From Rikenellaceae bacterium DTU001 (lineage in GTDB: Bacteria; Bacteroidota; Bacteroidia; Bacteroidales; DTU049), in contig LFSZ01000043.1 of NCBI GenBank assembly GCA_001512885.1, forward strand, positions 2,314 to 66,313: a DNA stretch of 64,000 nucleotides, read 5' to 3'. The notes under the pieces are model-generated. The model did no database searches and had not been told where the DNA came from. It saw only the letters and a list, made by a program, of their open reading frames with translations. Made by a program: the position numbers and the translations under genes. Position 1 is the stretch's first letter. Every line of letters begins with the position of its first letter. Positions 1-9,913 of this stretch are shown here, in pieces.

Positions 1-1
1 A

Positions 2-583
2 TATTTACTTGGAATAGCTAATAAATTTTCTAATATAGAAATAGGCATTTCGGATAAATCAAATATCAATAAAGTGAAAAAAGAACTTGCAAATTTATTG
101 CCTGAAGGATTTATAGTAAAAGATAGACACGAGCAAGACGAACTTTTATTTAAAATCTTAAGAAATGAACGCTTGATAGTTTTTATATTATTAGCGTTTA
201 TTGTTTTGATAGCTTCATTAAATATTATTAGCTCACTGGGGTTATTATTGTTAGATAAACAAAAGCGTGTACAAACACTTTATGCTCTAGGTATGAATAT
301 TTCGCAATTAAAAAAACTTTTTTTGAGAGAAGGTGCTATGATTGTATTAGGAGGTGGAGCCATAGGTCTCTTACTTGGTAGTATAATAGCTTTTTTACAG
401 TTACAATTTGGGATTGTACCTATGCATGGAGGCGATATGGTAGGACATATAGCTTACCCTATTGCATTCAAAGTTAGAGATTATTTTTTCATTATCTTAC
501 TCCTTTTATCTATTGCTATTTTATTGCCTAGAATACCTATCAAAAGAATAGATAAAGATTTCGTAGCTATTAGAAATGTTTAA
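2..583 (+). CDS. LolC/E (FtsX-like) ABC transporter permease, 5'-partial
   Basis: Frame is open from base 2 (YLLGIANK...). C-terminal permease with TM helices and 'LYALGM...LFLREG' motif. Confidence 0.8.
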   Translation, partial: YLLGIANKFSNIEIGISDKSNINKVKKELANLLPEGFIVKDRHEQDELLFKILRNERLIVFILLAFIVLIASLNIISSLGLLLLDKQKRVQTLYALGMNISQLKKLFLREGAMIVLGGGAIGLLLGSIIAFLQLQFGIVPMHGGDMVGHIAYPIAFKVRDYFFIILLLLSIAILLPRIPIKRIDKDFVAIRNV

Positions 584-677
584 AAAAATTAATATAAAAT
601 AAAAAGCAAAGGGGAATGATTTTAGAAAGTTATAAGTTTAGATTTATATGTTGTTTGTTATAGGCTATTTGTTAAAA

Positions 678-1478
678 TTATTTACCCCAATTTGGTACAT
701 TAAAAGGTGTAGATACATTTTGATTTAATTTTATTTGTTTAAAGAGCACCTTAGCTATAATTAATGGATTTTCGTAAGATTTTAATTCTATATTAATATT
801 AGTAGGCAATAACATAGTACCTATTAAATCATATTTTTCATATTTAATCGAGATACTTATATTGTCTCTATTCCAATAATTTAGTTCATTTTGTACTATC
901 TTTAAGGAATTATTAGAAATTTTTAGATTTTGTAATAAATTACAATTCTTATCATCAGGACCGATAATAATATTTCTAGATATAGTATAGTTAGTAAATA
1001 ATGAATCAGTGTGTTTTTGAATAATTTCATGGTTAAAAGAAATGAAATCATTAGCTACCAATAATGCTTCTACAACATCAAAATTTATACAAATACCAAT
1101 TTTTTCATAAATTTTTTCAAATGAGTCTGTGTAATATTCTCTACTAAATCGATTAATAATTTTGATGCTATCTTTATTTACTAAAATTCTAAATATCTCT
1201 ATTCCCGGCAAAACTGAGGCACTCATCCATACTAAACTATCGTGTATTATGATGATATTTGCATTGAAGTTGATTTCTTTATTTTCATAATTAAAAATAC
1301 CATTAGTTTTTAAAGATATATTATTATAACTAGTATTATTTACTAATACAAAGGTGTCTTTTGACTCTATAGATATAAATTTACTATCCTGAGAGTATTG
1401 CTGAGGTGATTTAGAAGTTTTGCAACTAAAAAAAACAAGAGAAACTATCAAAATAGATAAAATAAATTTAAAACGCAT
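678..1478 (-). CDS. DUF4292-like lipoprotein
   Basis: Lipobox 'VFFSCKTSK' and 'DSLVWMS...GIEIFRILV..DSI.IINR' motif. Start moved to ATG at 1478. Confidence 0.7.
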   Translation of the reverse strand: MRFKFILSILIVSLVFFSCKTSKSPQQYSQDSKFISIESKDTFVLVNNTSYNNISLKTNGIFNYENKEINFNANIIIIHDSLVWMSASVLPGIEIFRILVNKDSIKIINRFSREYYTDSFEKIYEKIGICINFDVVEALLVANDFISFNHEIIQKHTDSLFTNYTISRNIIIGPDDKNCNLLQNLKISNNSLKIVQNELNYWNRDNISISIKYEKYDLIGTMLLPTNINIELKSYENPLIIAKVLFKQIKLNQNVSTPFNVPNWGK

Positions 1479-3240
1479 AATATTTTTTATCATTTATTTT
1501 TTTATTGATTATCTCAGAGTTATTTCCATTTTCCTTAGATTTTTGCCATAGTTGCACTGCATCATCTATTAGATTTAGATGATAATAAATATCACCTGCA
1601 TGTTCTAAAATTTCTGGATCCGAATCATTATACATCAAAGCTTTATCTATCCATTTTTTTGCTTCATCATAATTTTTCATTTTAAATAAAATCCAAGCCT
1701 TAGTATCAATAAAAGAAAATCTAGTAGGTTCTGTTAGTAAAACCTCATCTATTAAATTTAATGCTTTATCCATCATAGTATCTTGTTGAGCCAAAAAATA
1801 TGCATAATTATTTTTGAGTACGAGATTCGCTGGATTAGCTTTTATTGCTTTTTCGAAATAATCGAATGCTTTGGCATATTCTCCTGTTTCATAGTAAGCG
1901 TTAGCTAGTAATTCTATAATAATATTTTGCAATTCTTTATTCTTAGAAGGTATATAGCTGAGTGCGTTTTCTAAATGTGGAATGCACTTTTCAAATTTTT
2001 TCTGCATAAAGGCAGCATAACCTGCATAAAAGTAAAATTCGCCTATATCAGGGTAAAAATTAAGCGCTTTATTAGCATAAAATAGCATACTATCATAATC
2101 ATTTTTAGCTTCATAAGACATAATGAGATTTCTATATGTCGCGTCATTAGTAGAGTCTAACTCAAGAGCTTTTTTGAAATAAACAATAGCAGTGTCTAAA
2201 ATGTTTTGTGCTTGATAATAAAAACCTATGATATTAAAAGTTTCGGCTTTATCGCTATGTAAATCTTCTAAATGATAAAATAATTGTTGTATAAATTGTT
2301 CATCTATATTGGGGTTTTCTATGCTTGTTAATATCACTTGCAGTTTGTCTTGAAAATCGACTCTTGGGTCCTTGATAGCTATTAACAATTCTTTTTTTAA
2401 CTCTTCTACTTTATTAATTGCAAAATAATAATTAGCAGCGAATAGCGCTGCATACCCATCGGTACTATCACGTTGTTTATACCATTGCACTAAACGGTAG
2501 AGAGCTGTTATTTTACCTTTTTCTATTGCAAATGAGGAATATTCTTTTTTGTAATCCAAATTAGACGGATCATATTGTATACATCTCCATAGCTCATCTA
2601 GAGCTTCATCACTCTTACCTAGCAATGAGTATATTTGATATTTATAAAAACCTATTTCCGGTATAAAGCCATGCTGCGATTCTAATTTCGTAAAGATTTC
2701 TAAGGCATTATTTGGCATAAAAGCTATTAAATACATTTGTGCAACATTTAAATAATAATCTAATATTTTAGGATTCTTAGATATTAATATCTCATATCGC
2801 TGTGCAGCTTCTCGGTATTTTCTTAATTTAACCAGTATATTGGCACTTAGTTCTAAATAATAAACATTTTCTGGTGATAATTTGATAGCAATATCGATAT
2901 ATTTATTTGCGCTATCCCATTTATTGTTTAGCTCATAATATTTACTAAGTAGATAATAAGCAACATCTTGCTTAGGATCTTTACTGATAATGTCAAATAA
3001 TATCTCTTTTGCTTGATCTAACTCATTTAGTAGTAAACATTTTTGTGCATCTAATAAAAGATTTTGTATCTCTACTGAGGCTTGCAAAGTTTTATTAGTA
3101 TCTTTTATTTTACAATTACTAAGTGAAAAGCTTAAAAATATTAATAATATAGGAATAATGACAAAGTTATATTTATTGATAAATTGTTTTTTTTCGTCTA
3201 TAATGATATCTGTAGATTTGATTTTTTTTGAATATTTCAT
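1468..3240 (-). CDS. Tetratricopeptide-repeat (lipo)protein
   Basis: Many TPRs; C-terminal 'NNYAYFLA...DTKAWILF...EHAGDIY' pattern. Confidence 0.85.
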   Translation of the reverse strand: MKYSKKIKSTDIIIDEKKQFINKYNFVIIPILLIFLSFSLSNCKIKDTNKTLQASVEIQNLLLDAQKCLLLNELDQAKEILFDIISKDPKQDVAYYLLSKYYELNNKWDSANKYIDIAIKLSPENVYYLELSANILVKLRKYREAAQRYEILISKNPKILDYYLNVAQMYLIAFMPNNALEIFTKLESQHGFIPEIGFYKYQIYSLLGKSDEALDELWRCIQYDPSNLDYKKEYSSFAIEKGKITALYRLVQWYKQRDSTDGYAALFAANYYFAINKVEELKKELLIAIKDPRVDFQDKLQVILTSIENPNIDEQFIQQLFYHLEDLHSDKAETFNIIGFYYQAQNILDTAIVYFKKALELDSTNDATYRNLIMSYEAKNDYDSMLFYANKALNFYPDIGEFYFYAGYAAFMQKKFEKCIPHLENALSYIPSKNKELQNIIIELLANAYYETGEYAKAFDYFEKAIKANPANLVLKNNYAYFLAQQDTMMDKALNLIDEVLLTEPTRFSFIDTKAWILFKMKNYDEAKKWIDKALMYNDSDPEILEHAGDIYYHLNLIDDAVQLWQKSKENGNNSEIINKKINDKKYYAF

Positions 3241-3528
3241 TTTCCCTTAATATATTCGTAAGTTAATTATGCAAAATTAAAATTTAAAATTAATATAAAA
3301 AATTATTTAAATACTTAGATTTATTAAGATCTAATCTGTAATTGATAATTTACATCATTGATCGGATAAATAAATATATAGTTATTCAAAAAATGGAATT
3401 TCAAATAAGATTTATTGTATATTTGTTTTGTTATTTATGATTTTTAAACTTTTTTCTTTTACATAGTTTATTTCTGCTTATTTATAAATATTTTTACATT
3501 TAAAATAGTATTATTATTTCAAATTTAT

Positions 3529-3546
3529 TTGTTAATTTTGTAACAA
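3529..3546. promoter_or_regulatory. Putative Rex operator overlapping the -7 promoter element of the hydrogenase-like operon
   Basis: TTGTTAA-TTTT-GTAACAA, one mismatch to TTGTTAA-N4-TTAACAA. Contains TAATTTTG (3533-3540). rex is in the same operon. Confidence 0.7.
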
Positions 3547-3563
3547 TGTTATTTGATAAACAA
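3546..3563. promoter_or_regulatory. Second, weaker Rex-like site
   Basis: ATGTTAT-TTGA-TAAACAA, three mismatches, adjacent to the first site and ending just before the ATG at 3565. Confidence 0.4.
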
Positions 3564-3564
3564 T

Positions 3565-4005
3565 ATGAGAATAATTTTACCTTTTACCATAAATGAATTA
3601 TTTAAGGAAGTATGGCACGTATATCCTAATTCTCTCATAGATTTTTGTGCTAAAATAATGTTAGAGCCATATGCACTCTCTAAATCCCATTTTGATGAAT
3701 TAGAAATTTATTTTAAACAGCCTGCATCGGAGATTTATGCTTTTGTGGTTACTTGCTTCCCTGATTTATTAATATCCGATATCAATTATGACATAGTTAT
3801 GTGTAGAGGGTGGAATTGCTACCTAAAATATGGTAAAAATTTTTTAAATGAAGTTAATTACCAATTTAGAAATGAGTCAGAAAAACCAATTATAAAATTT
3901 CATAAATGTAATGGCAAATGCCATACAGATCAAATAGAATTAAATATAAATTCAGCTTTTTATAAAATCTTGAATAATATTAAAGAAAAAATTATAAAAA
4001 AATGA
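3565..4005 (+). CDS. Divergent HydC/NuoE-like thioredoxin-fold [2Fe-2S] subunit
   Basis: 'CRGWNC...CNGKC' (Cx4C...Cx3C); 'PASEIYAFVVT' resembles NuoE 'PxSxVYGVATF'. ATGA overlap with next gene. ATG 3565 preferred over TTG 3553. Confidence 0.75.
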   Translation: MRIILPFTINELFKEVWHVYPNSLIDFCAKIMLEPYALSKSHFDELEIYFKQPASEIYAFVVTCFPDLLISDINYDIVMCRGWNCYLKYGKNFLNEVNYQFRNESEKPIIKFHKCNGKCHTDQIELNINSAFYKILNNIKEKIIKK

Positions 4006-5873
4006 GCACTATAAAGCTTCAGTTAGGCTATGCTATCACCTCATTAGAATTGCAAAATATATGGGAAAAAGAGTTATTGTCTCTGCTCTCTCAAGATAAA
4101 CATTTTATTTTAAAAAATCATAGTACAGATTTATCGCCTAATGATGATGCTATTATAATAGAAACTTTTCCTAATACTGGATTAAAAGGATTTTTGTATG
4201 CCGAACCCTTAGTATGGATAAAACATCCACTCAAGCGTACTTTATGTTTCAGAAATTTAGAACCTGAGTTAATACCATGGATAATAGAATGTGTTGTAAA
4301 TCTTGATATAACTAGTTTGAAACCTTGGATACAATTAGATGATTATGGAGAAAGCTGGCCCCATATCCCTATAATAACTCAAATGCCTTGGTATGACAAG
4401 ATAGTGCCCTTTTTGACAAATTCTTTTTCTGGAGATGATTGGATAATAGACAATACAATTTTAGACAATACAAATATTGATTTCATCGTCTCTCTATATA
4501 ATAAAAAAAGTAGTGTAGAAGTAAAAGATTTAATTTTTAAGAGTAAGCTTATCGGTAGAGGTTCAGGTACTCTACCTATAGAAATCAAGTGGCAAGCTAT
4601 AGATGAGCAATTAGCAGAAAAAAAATATTTAATAATAAATGCTAACGAATTCGGACCTAGTAGTCTAAGTAATTATTTTTTACTTCGATATTATCCTACA
4701 ATGATTCTAGAAGGTATAATAACCACTTGCTATGCTTTGCATATTAATAACGCCATAATAGCTATTCATCAAGACTATCTAGATGTTTATGAAGCTTTTA
4801 GTAAATTGATCAGCCAAGCCAAAGATTTAGGTCTATTAGGTGATGATATTTTAAATACTGGTAATTCTTTATCTATTGATGTAATGTTGACACCTGGTAT
4901 GTTAATTACAGGTGAAGAGACTGCCCTTATACATTTATTAGAATCTCAAATGCCTTTTCCTACTAATAAACCGCCATATCCCACTAGTTTAGGTTTGTGG
5001 GGACAGCCCACTTTAGTTCATAACGTAGAGACTATAGCAAATATTTCTCAAATAATAAAAACTGATAAATCTCTTGAAATCTACGCCCCCATTTCGAAGC
5101 AAGGGACTAAAGTAGTAACTCTATGTGGAGAAATAAATAATTATGGCGTTTACGAAATATCTATGGATATCAGTATAGATGAGGTAATAAACAAAATAGG
5201 TGGTGGACTTAATAATTCAAATAAAATAAAAGGCTTTCACATTGGAGGAGTTACTGGGAGATTTTTTGATCTAGATAACTTGGATAAATCTCTTTATGAT
5301 TTAGAAAAACAAACTAATTATTTAGGTACATCTACTATTTTTACTTTTTCAGAAGAGCAATGTATCGTTAAACTTTTACAACATATATCAGAAATACTTA
5401 CAGAGCAAAGTTGTGGTAAATGTATACCATGCTTATATGGATCTAGGGTATGGTCTGAGCTGATTAGTTATCTATCATTAGCTAATAATCCCCAAATTCC
5501 CCATTTTCCTTTATATAGATTAAAAACTATTTTATCATTTAATAAATTAGATCGTACTGTTACTGAATCTTCACTATGTGCATTAGGCAAAAGTCTTTCG
5601 CAAACATTCATATCAGCATATAATTTTTTCAAAGATGAAATCGAAGAGCATATATTTGATAAATATTGTCGTTCTTATCAATGTGTAGGATTGAGAAATT
5701 ATATTATAGATGAAGATGCATGTACTGGATGTGGACTTTGTATAGTAGAATGCCCTGTAAATGCTATAATAGAAAAACGAATAAATCTATTTGTTATTTT
5801 AGATGGTAAATGTGTAGGCTGCGGTTTATGTGAAAAAGTTTGTAAGTTTTCAGCTATAAATTTAAAAAAATGA
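4002..5873 (+). CDS. Divergent HydB/NuoF-like subunit with C-terminal 2x[4Fe-4S]
   Basis: 'GEETAL', 'KPPYP..GLWGQPTLVHNVET', 'SCGKCIPC...SLCALG', 'CTGCGLC..ECP', 'CVGCGLC..VC'. Flavin motifs altered. Confidence 0.9.
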   Translation: MSTIKLQLGYAITSLELQNIWEKELLSLLSQDKHFILKNHSTDLSPNDDAIIIETFPNTGLKGFLYAEPLVWIKHPLKRTLCFRNLEPELIPWIIECVVNLDITSLKPWIQLDDYGESWPHIPIITQMPWYDKIVPFLTNSFSGDDWIIDNTILDNTNIDFIVSLYNKKSSVEVKDLIFKSKLIGRGSGTLPIEIKWQAIDEQLAEKKYLIINANEFGPSSLSNYFLLRYYPTMILEGIITTCYALHINNAIIAIHQDYLDVYEAFSKLISQAKDLGLLGDDILNTGNSLSIDVMLTPGMLITGEETALIHLLESQMPFPTNKPPYPTSLGLWGQPTLVHNVETIANISQIIKTDKSLEIYAPISKQGTKVVTLCGEINNYGVYEISMDISIDEVINKIGGGLNNSNKIKGFHIGGVTGRFFDLDNLDKSLYDLEKQTNYLGTSTIFTFSEEQCIVKLLQHISEILTEQSCGKCIPCLYGSRVWSELISYLSLANNPQIPHFPLYRLKTILSFNKLDRTVTESSLCALGKSLSQTFISAYNFFKDEIEEHIFDKYCRSYQCVGLRNYIIDEDACTGCGLCIVECPVNAIIEKRINLFVILDGKCVGCGLCEKVCKFSAINLKK

Positions 5874-7453
5874 AAATTAATATTACAGTAAATAATCAAA
5901 AATACAAAGTAGATCTAGGGGAAAATCTACTAAATGCTTTACTTTCTTTAGGCTATGATATTCCACATCTTTGCTATTTAGAAAATTACTCCCCAAATTA
6001 TGCTTGCAGATTGTGCATGGTAGAAATTGATGGATTTAATAATCCTATTCAAGCTTGTACTGTTGATGTAAACACACCACTGCAGGTTTACACTCATACT
6101 CCGAAGCTAATAAATATTCGTAAGAATATATTAGAATTAATCTTGTCACAACATTCATTAGAATGTAATACATGTCCTAAGGCTATTAATTGCAGTTTAT
6201 TAAATTATGCATATCAATATGGTGTAAACGAAATTATTTGGAGACATGTGATTACCGATTCCAAGGAAAAAGATATATCTAGTCCTGTGATAGCTAAAAA
6301 TATAAATAAATGCATCTCTTGTGGTATTTGTGTTAAAATTTGTAATGAAATGATGCATTGCAATGTATTTAATCATGCTTTTATTGGTACTAAAAAAACT
6401 ATTATTTCTTCTTTGGATAAACCTATAAATTTATCTAATTGTTACTACTGTGGACAATGCTCTTATCATTGTCCTACTAGTGCTTTATATGAAAAATCAT
6501 ACATTGATAATGTGGAGATAGATCCACAAAATACTACCTTAATATTTGACTCTGCTGCTGTTTACAACTTGATGTCTCAGATTAATAGTAATTTTACAAA
6601 AAATCCTATTTTATCATTTAATTATTTATGTCAATTCTTAGGTTTTAAAAAATTAATTAATTTAGGAGAATTAATAGATGCTAAATTATATTTAGATTTT
6701 CAACTTTTAAAAGATAGAAAACACCCTATCATTTCTAATTTATGTCCTGTCAGTATAGAATATATTAAACAAAAATATCCAGAATTAATTGAATTTATCA
6801 GTCCTTTAGCTTCCCCAATGCAGGCTGCAATTAGATTGACTAATAAAAGTAATCCTATCCTGATACTCACTAATTGTTCGGCTTACAAAAATGATATTTT
6901 TCAAAATTATAGTAATACTGAGCACAAAATTTATGTTGCTAATGTAAGAGATTTTTTAAAATATTTATTGCGAAATGGCTATACATTAGAACAATTAAAA
7001 AATTTGATTCCTAACATCAAAGCTAAAAAAAACTATTCATATTCTATCGGCGGACTGTATGCTGATATATCAATGTATAATTTATTAAAATTAATTTTAG
7101 ATGAAACCAATATACAAATAGATAAACCCTCAAAAATTAATAGTTTTTTAACAGGAAAAAATGAAAATAAAAAGTATAATTTTAGATTAAAAAATAAAAA
7201 TTATTCTTTAATAAGCATTAATACAATAAGTGAGATTGCAAATTTTTTTGATCATGAATTTTTAAAAACAAATTTAGCATTAATAGGATGCTGGAGCTGT
7301 GCTAATGGATGCATTAATGGTGGAGGCAAAACTTTCGAAATATTTAAAACTACAAATAAAAGTTTATCCTCAAGAAATCCCTTGCTCACCCAAATTTATA
7401 ATATTAATGAAGATTTAATAATTCAAGAGAAATTATGGAAACAAGAAAATTAG
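5870..7453 (+). CDS. HydA-like [FeFe]-hydrogenase homologue with degenerate H-cluster pocket
   Basis: N-terminal [2Fe-2S] (IPHLC..ACRLC..AC), His-ligated 'HSLECNTC..NC', two CxxCxxCxxxC motifs. H-domain motifs read SNLCP / TNCSAYKND / WSCANGCINGGG. Confidence 0.85.
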   Translation: MKINITVNNQKYKVDLGENLLNALLSLGYDIPHLCYLENYSPNYACRLCMVEIDGFNNPIQACTVDVNTPLQVYTHTPKLINIRKNILELILSQHSLECNTCPKAINCSLLNYAYQYGVNEIIWRHVITDSKEKDISSPVIAKNINKCISCGICVKICNEMMHCNVFNHAFIGTKKTIISSLDKPINLSNCYYCGQCSYHCPTSALYEKSYIDNVEIDPQNTTLIFDSAAVYNLMSQINSNFTKNPILSFNYLCQFLGFKKLINLGELIDAKLYLDFQLLKDRKHPIISNLCPVSIEYIKQKYPELIEFISPLASPMQAAIRLTNKSNPILILTNCSAYKNDIFQNYSNTEHKIYVANVRDFLKYLLRNGYTLEQLKNLIPNIKAKKNYSYSIGGLYADISMYNLLKLILDETNIQIDKPSKINSFLTGKNENKKYNFRLKNKNYSLISINTISEIANFFDHEFLKTNLALIGCWSCANGCINGGGKTFEIFKTTNKSLSSRNPLLTQIYNINEDLIIQEKLWKQEN

Positions 7454-9432
7454 AATATCATCAATTAGTTTTTACAGTACAAAATAGATGCAAGGTTTGT
7501 TATACTTGTGTTAGAGAATGTCCAGCTAAAGCTATAAGGATATTTAACGGGCAAGCTGATATTTTACCAGATAGGTGCATTACCTGTGGCAACTGCATAA
7601 AAGTTTGTAGTCAAGGCGCCAAAGATTTTGTAAAGCACTCTGATGAGGTCGATGAGCTTTTACAAACAAATGAAAAAGTAGCTGCATTAGTAGCGCCAAG
7701 CTTCCCATCCGAATTTTCTGATTTCAAAACTCATAATAATTTTGTAGGTTTATTAAGAAAACTTGGTTTTGACTATATTTACGAAGTGGCTTTCGGTGCC
7801 GACTTAGTAGCTCATACATTTAAAAAACTAATAAAAGCTAATCCAGATATGCAATATATCACTTCAGATTGCCCTGCAATAGTGAAATTTGTTAAAAAAT
7901 ATTATCCTGAACTGACAGAAAATTTATTACCTGTATGCTCGCCTATGAATGCAATGAATAGAGTAGTAAAAAATATGTTTGACTATAATATTAAAACTAT
8001 TTTTATAGGACCTTGTATCGCCAAAAAAGATGATTGGGAAGAGGTGGATTTCAAAATTACTTATCGTGAACTTAGAAGTTTAATTCAAAAACATAATATT
8101 GAAATAGAAAATATAGAACCTTCAACTTTCGACCCTCCTTATGGAGGTTTAGGAGCCATATTTCCTGTATCTAGAGGGCTGATACAAGCTGTAGACATTG
8201 ATGATAAACTCTATAAAAGTAATATAATAGCTGCTGAAGGCAGAGAAGATTTTCAAGAAGCTCTGAAAGAATTTTATTCAAAAACTTGGGGCAAAGAAAA
8301 CCTTGAACTTTTGTGTTGTGATGGCTGCATAATGGGGCCAGGAACTACTTCTTTGAGTAATAGATTTGCTAAGGAGGCTTTCGTTACTAATTATGTTAAA
8401 AGAAAATTAAAAAATATTGATTGGGAAGAATGGGAAAATAATTTAAACTATTGGATGGAAACACTTGATTTATCTGTAGAATATTATCCCTCCCCTATTG
8501 AAGATTTAATACCAAGTGAAGAGGAAATCAGATCTGTTTTAATTGAATTAGGTAAATCTACTCCCGAAGATGAACTCAATTGTGGTGCTTGTGGATACAA
8601 TACTTGTAGAGAGCATGCTATAGCGATAATAAAAGGTATAGCTGAAACCGAGATGTGCCTTCCATATACTATAGACAGATTGCATAGCCTATTAGAAGAA
8701 TTAAATATCTCAAACAAAGAATTGCGAGATGCCCAGGAAGCTCTGAAAAAAACTGAAAAATTAGCAACTATGGGACAATTAAGTGCTGGCATAGCTCATG
8801 AACTCAATAATCCCCTCGGTGTTATAATAATGTACGCAAATATTCTTTATGAAGAATGTCCGCCCGATGACCCTAAAAGAAAAGATCTAGAAATGATAGT
8901 CTCGCAAGCCGAGAGATGTAGGCAAATTGTTAAAGGATTACTTAATTTTGCTAGAAAAAATCAAGTTGTTTATGAAAAAATAAATATACAAAATCTATTT
9001 GATAAAGCTATTAATTCTGTTATAATACCTGAACATATTACAGTAAAAACCAAAGTTGATCCGCCAGATCTCGAAGGATATATAGACATAGAACAAATGC
9101 TACAAGCCATTACTAATCTTATTCAAAATTCAATAGATGCTATTGGCAATAAAAAAGGTGAAATCATATTAGAAGCTCAGACTAAAGATAACTATTTGGC
9201 AATCTCAGTATATGATAATGGTGTTGGGGTACCCGATAGTGATTTATCAAAAATTTTTGAACCATTTTTTACAACTAAACCCGTGGGCAAAGGGACGGGG
9301 TTGGGTTTGGCTACCGTTTATGGAATCATTAAAATGCATAGGGGCAAAATAGAAGTGGAAAGCAATGCTGATCCGTCTAAAGGGCCTACATATACTAAAT
9401 TTTATATCTTTATACCTCAAAGTAAAAATTAA
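7435..9432 (+). CDS. Group C sensory [FeFe]-hydrogenase fused to histidine kinase (HydS-HK)
   Basis: 2x[4Fe-4S], [35 protein letters not shown], FeS domain NCGACGY..C..MC, H-box AHELNNP, HATPase '[19 protein letters not shown]'. Confidence 0.9.
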   Translation: METRKLEYHQLVFTVQNRCKVCYTCVRECPAKAIRIFNGQADILPDRCITCGNCIKVCSQGAKDFVKHSDEVDELLQTNEKVAALVAPSFPSEFSDFKTHNNFVGLLRKLGFDYIYEVAFGADLVAHTFKKLIKANPDMQYITSDCPAIVKFVKKYYPELTENLLPVCSPMNAMNRVVKNMFDYNIKTIFIGPCIAKKDDWEEVDFKITYRELRSLIQKHNIEIENIEPSTFDPPYGGLGAIFPVSRGLIQAVDIDDKLYKSNIIAAEGREDFQEALKEFYSKTWGKENLELLCCDGCIMGPGTTSLSNRFAKEAFVTNYVKRKLKNIDWEEWENNLNYWMETLDLSVEYYPSPIEDLIPSEEEIRSVLIELGKSTPEDELNCGACGYNTCREHAIAIIKGIAETEMCLPYTIDRLHSLLEELNISNKELRDAQEALKKTEKLATMGQLSAGIAHELNNPLGVIIMYANILYEECPPDDPKRKDLEMIVSQAERCRQIVKGLLNFARKNQVVYEKINIQNLFDKAINSVIIPEHITVKTKVDPPDLEGYIDIEQMLQAITNLIQNSIDAIGNKKGEIILEAQTKDNYLAISVYDNGVGVPDSDLSKIFEPFFTTKPVGKGTGLGLATVYGIIKMHRGKIEVESNADPSKGPTYTKFYIFIPQSKN

Positions 9433-9512
9433 TAATTTTATATAAAAAATAAAATATTATTAAAGCCAAAAATATGATATCATTAAGTAGTTTTAAAAAA
9501 AAAATAAAAATT

Positions 9513-9908
9513 ATGGAAAAAATAAAAATTTTATTAGTAGATGATGATCCCGATTTTTCTGATCAAATGTTATTTTATCTAAATAAATTTGGTTATAATA
9601 CAATATATTTACCTTCGCAAAGATCAGCTGAAAGTCGTCTGAAAGATTTAAAATTTGATCTTGCTATCATAGATTTGATGATGGAAGAGGAAGATAGTGG
9701 ACTACAATTAGCTCGAAAAATCAAATCAAACTATCCAGACATACCTATTATATTACTTACTGCTATCACTAATGAAACAGGGTATTCACTTTCTAATGAA
9801 TTTGATAATTCGCCAGAATTAATGCCTATAGATAAATATTGTGAAAAAGGTATCAGGCCTGAGGTATTAAATAAAATAATCCAACAATTATTAACAAATA
9901 AAAAATAA
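9513..9908 (+). CDS. Single-domain response regulator (receiver only)
   Basis: LVDDD, IIDLMM, LLTA, K; no output domain. Start moved to ATG 9513 (MEKIKILLVDD). Confidence 0.85.
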   Translation: MEKIKILLVDDDPDFSDQMLFYLNKFGYNTIYLPSQRSAESRLKDLKFDLAIIDLMMEEEDSGLQLARKIKSNYPDIPIILLTAITNETGYSLSNEFDNSPELMPIDKYCEKGIRPEVLNKIIQQLLTNKK

Positions 9909-9913
9909 AGGTT

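Noticed and set aside
3565..7453. Respiratory complex I nuoEFG, or simple pseudogenes
   Set aside because: No membrane nuo genes are nearby and the third gene has an H-domain-like C-terminus. Frames and overlaps are intact, so a pseudogene call is unsupported.
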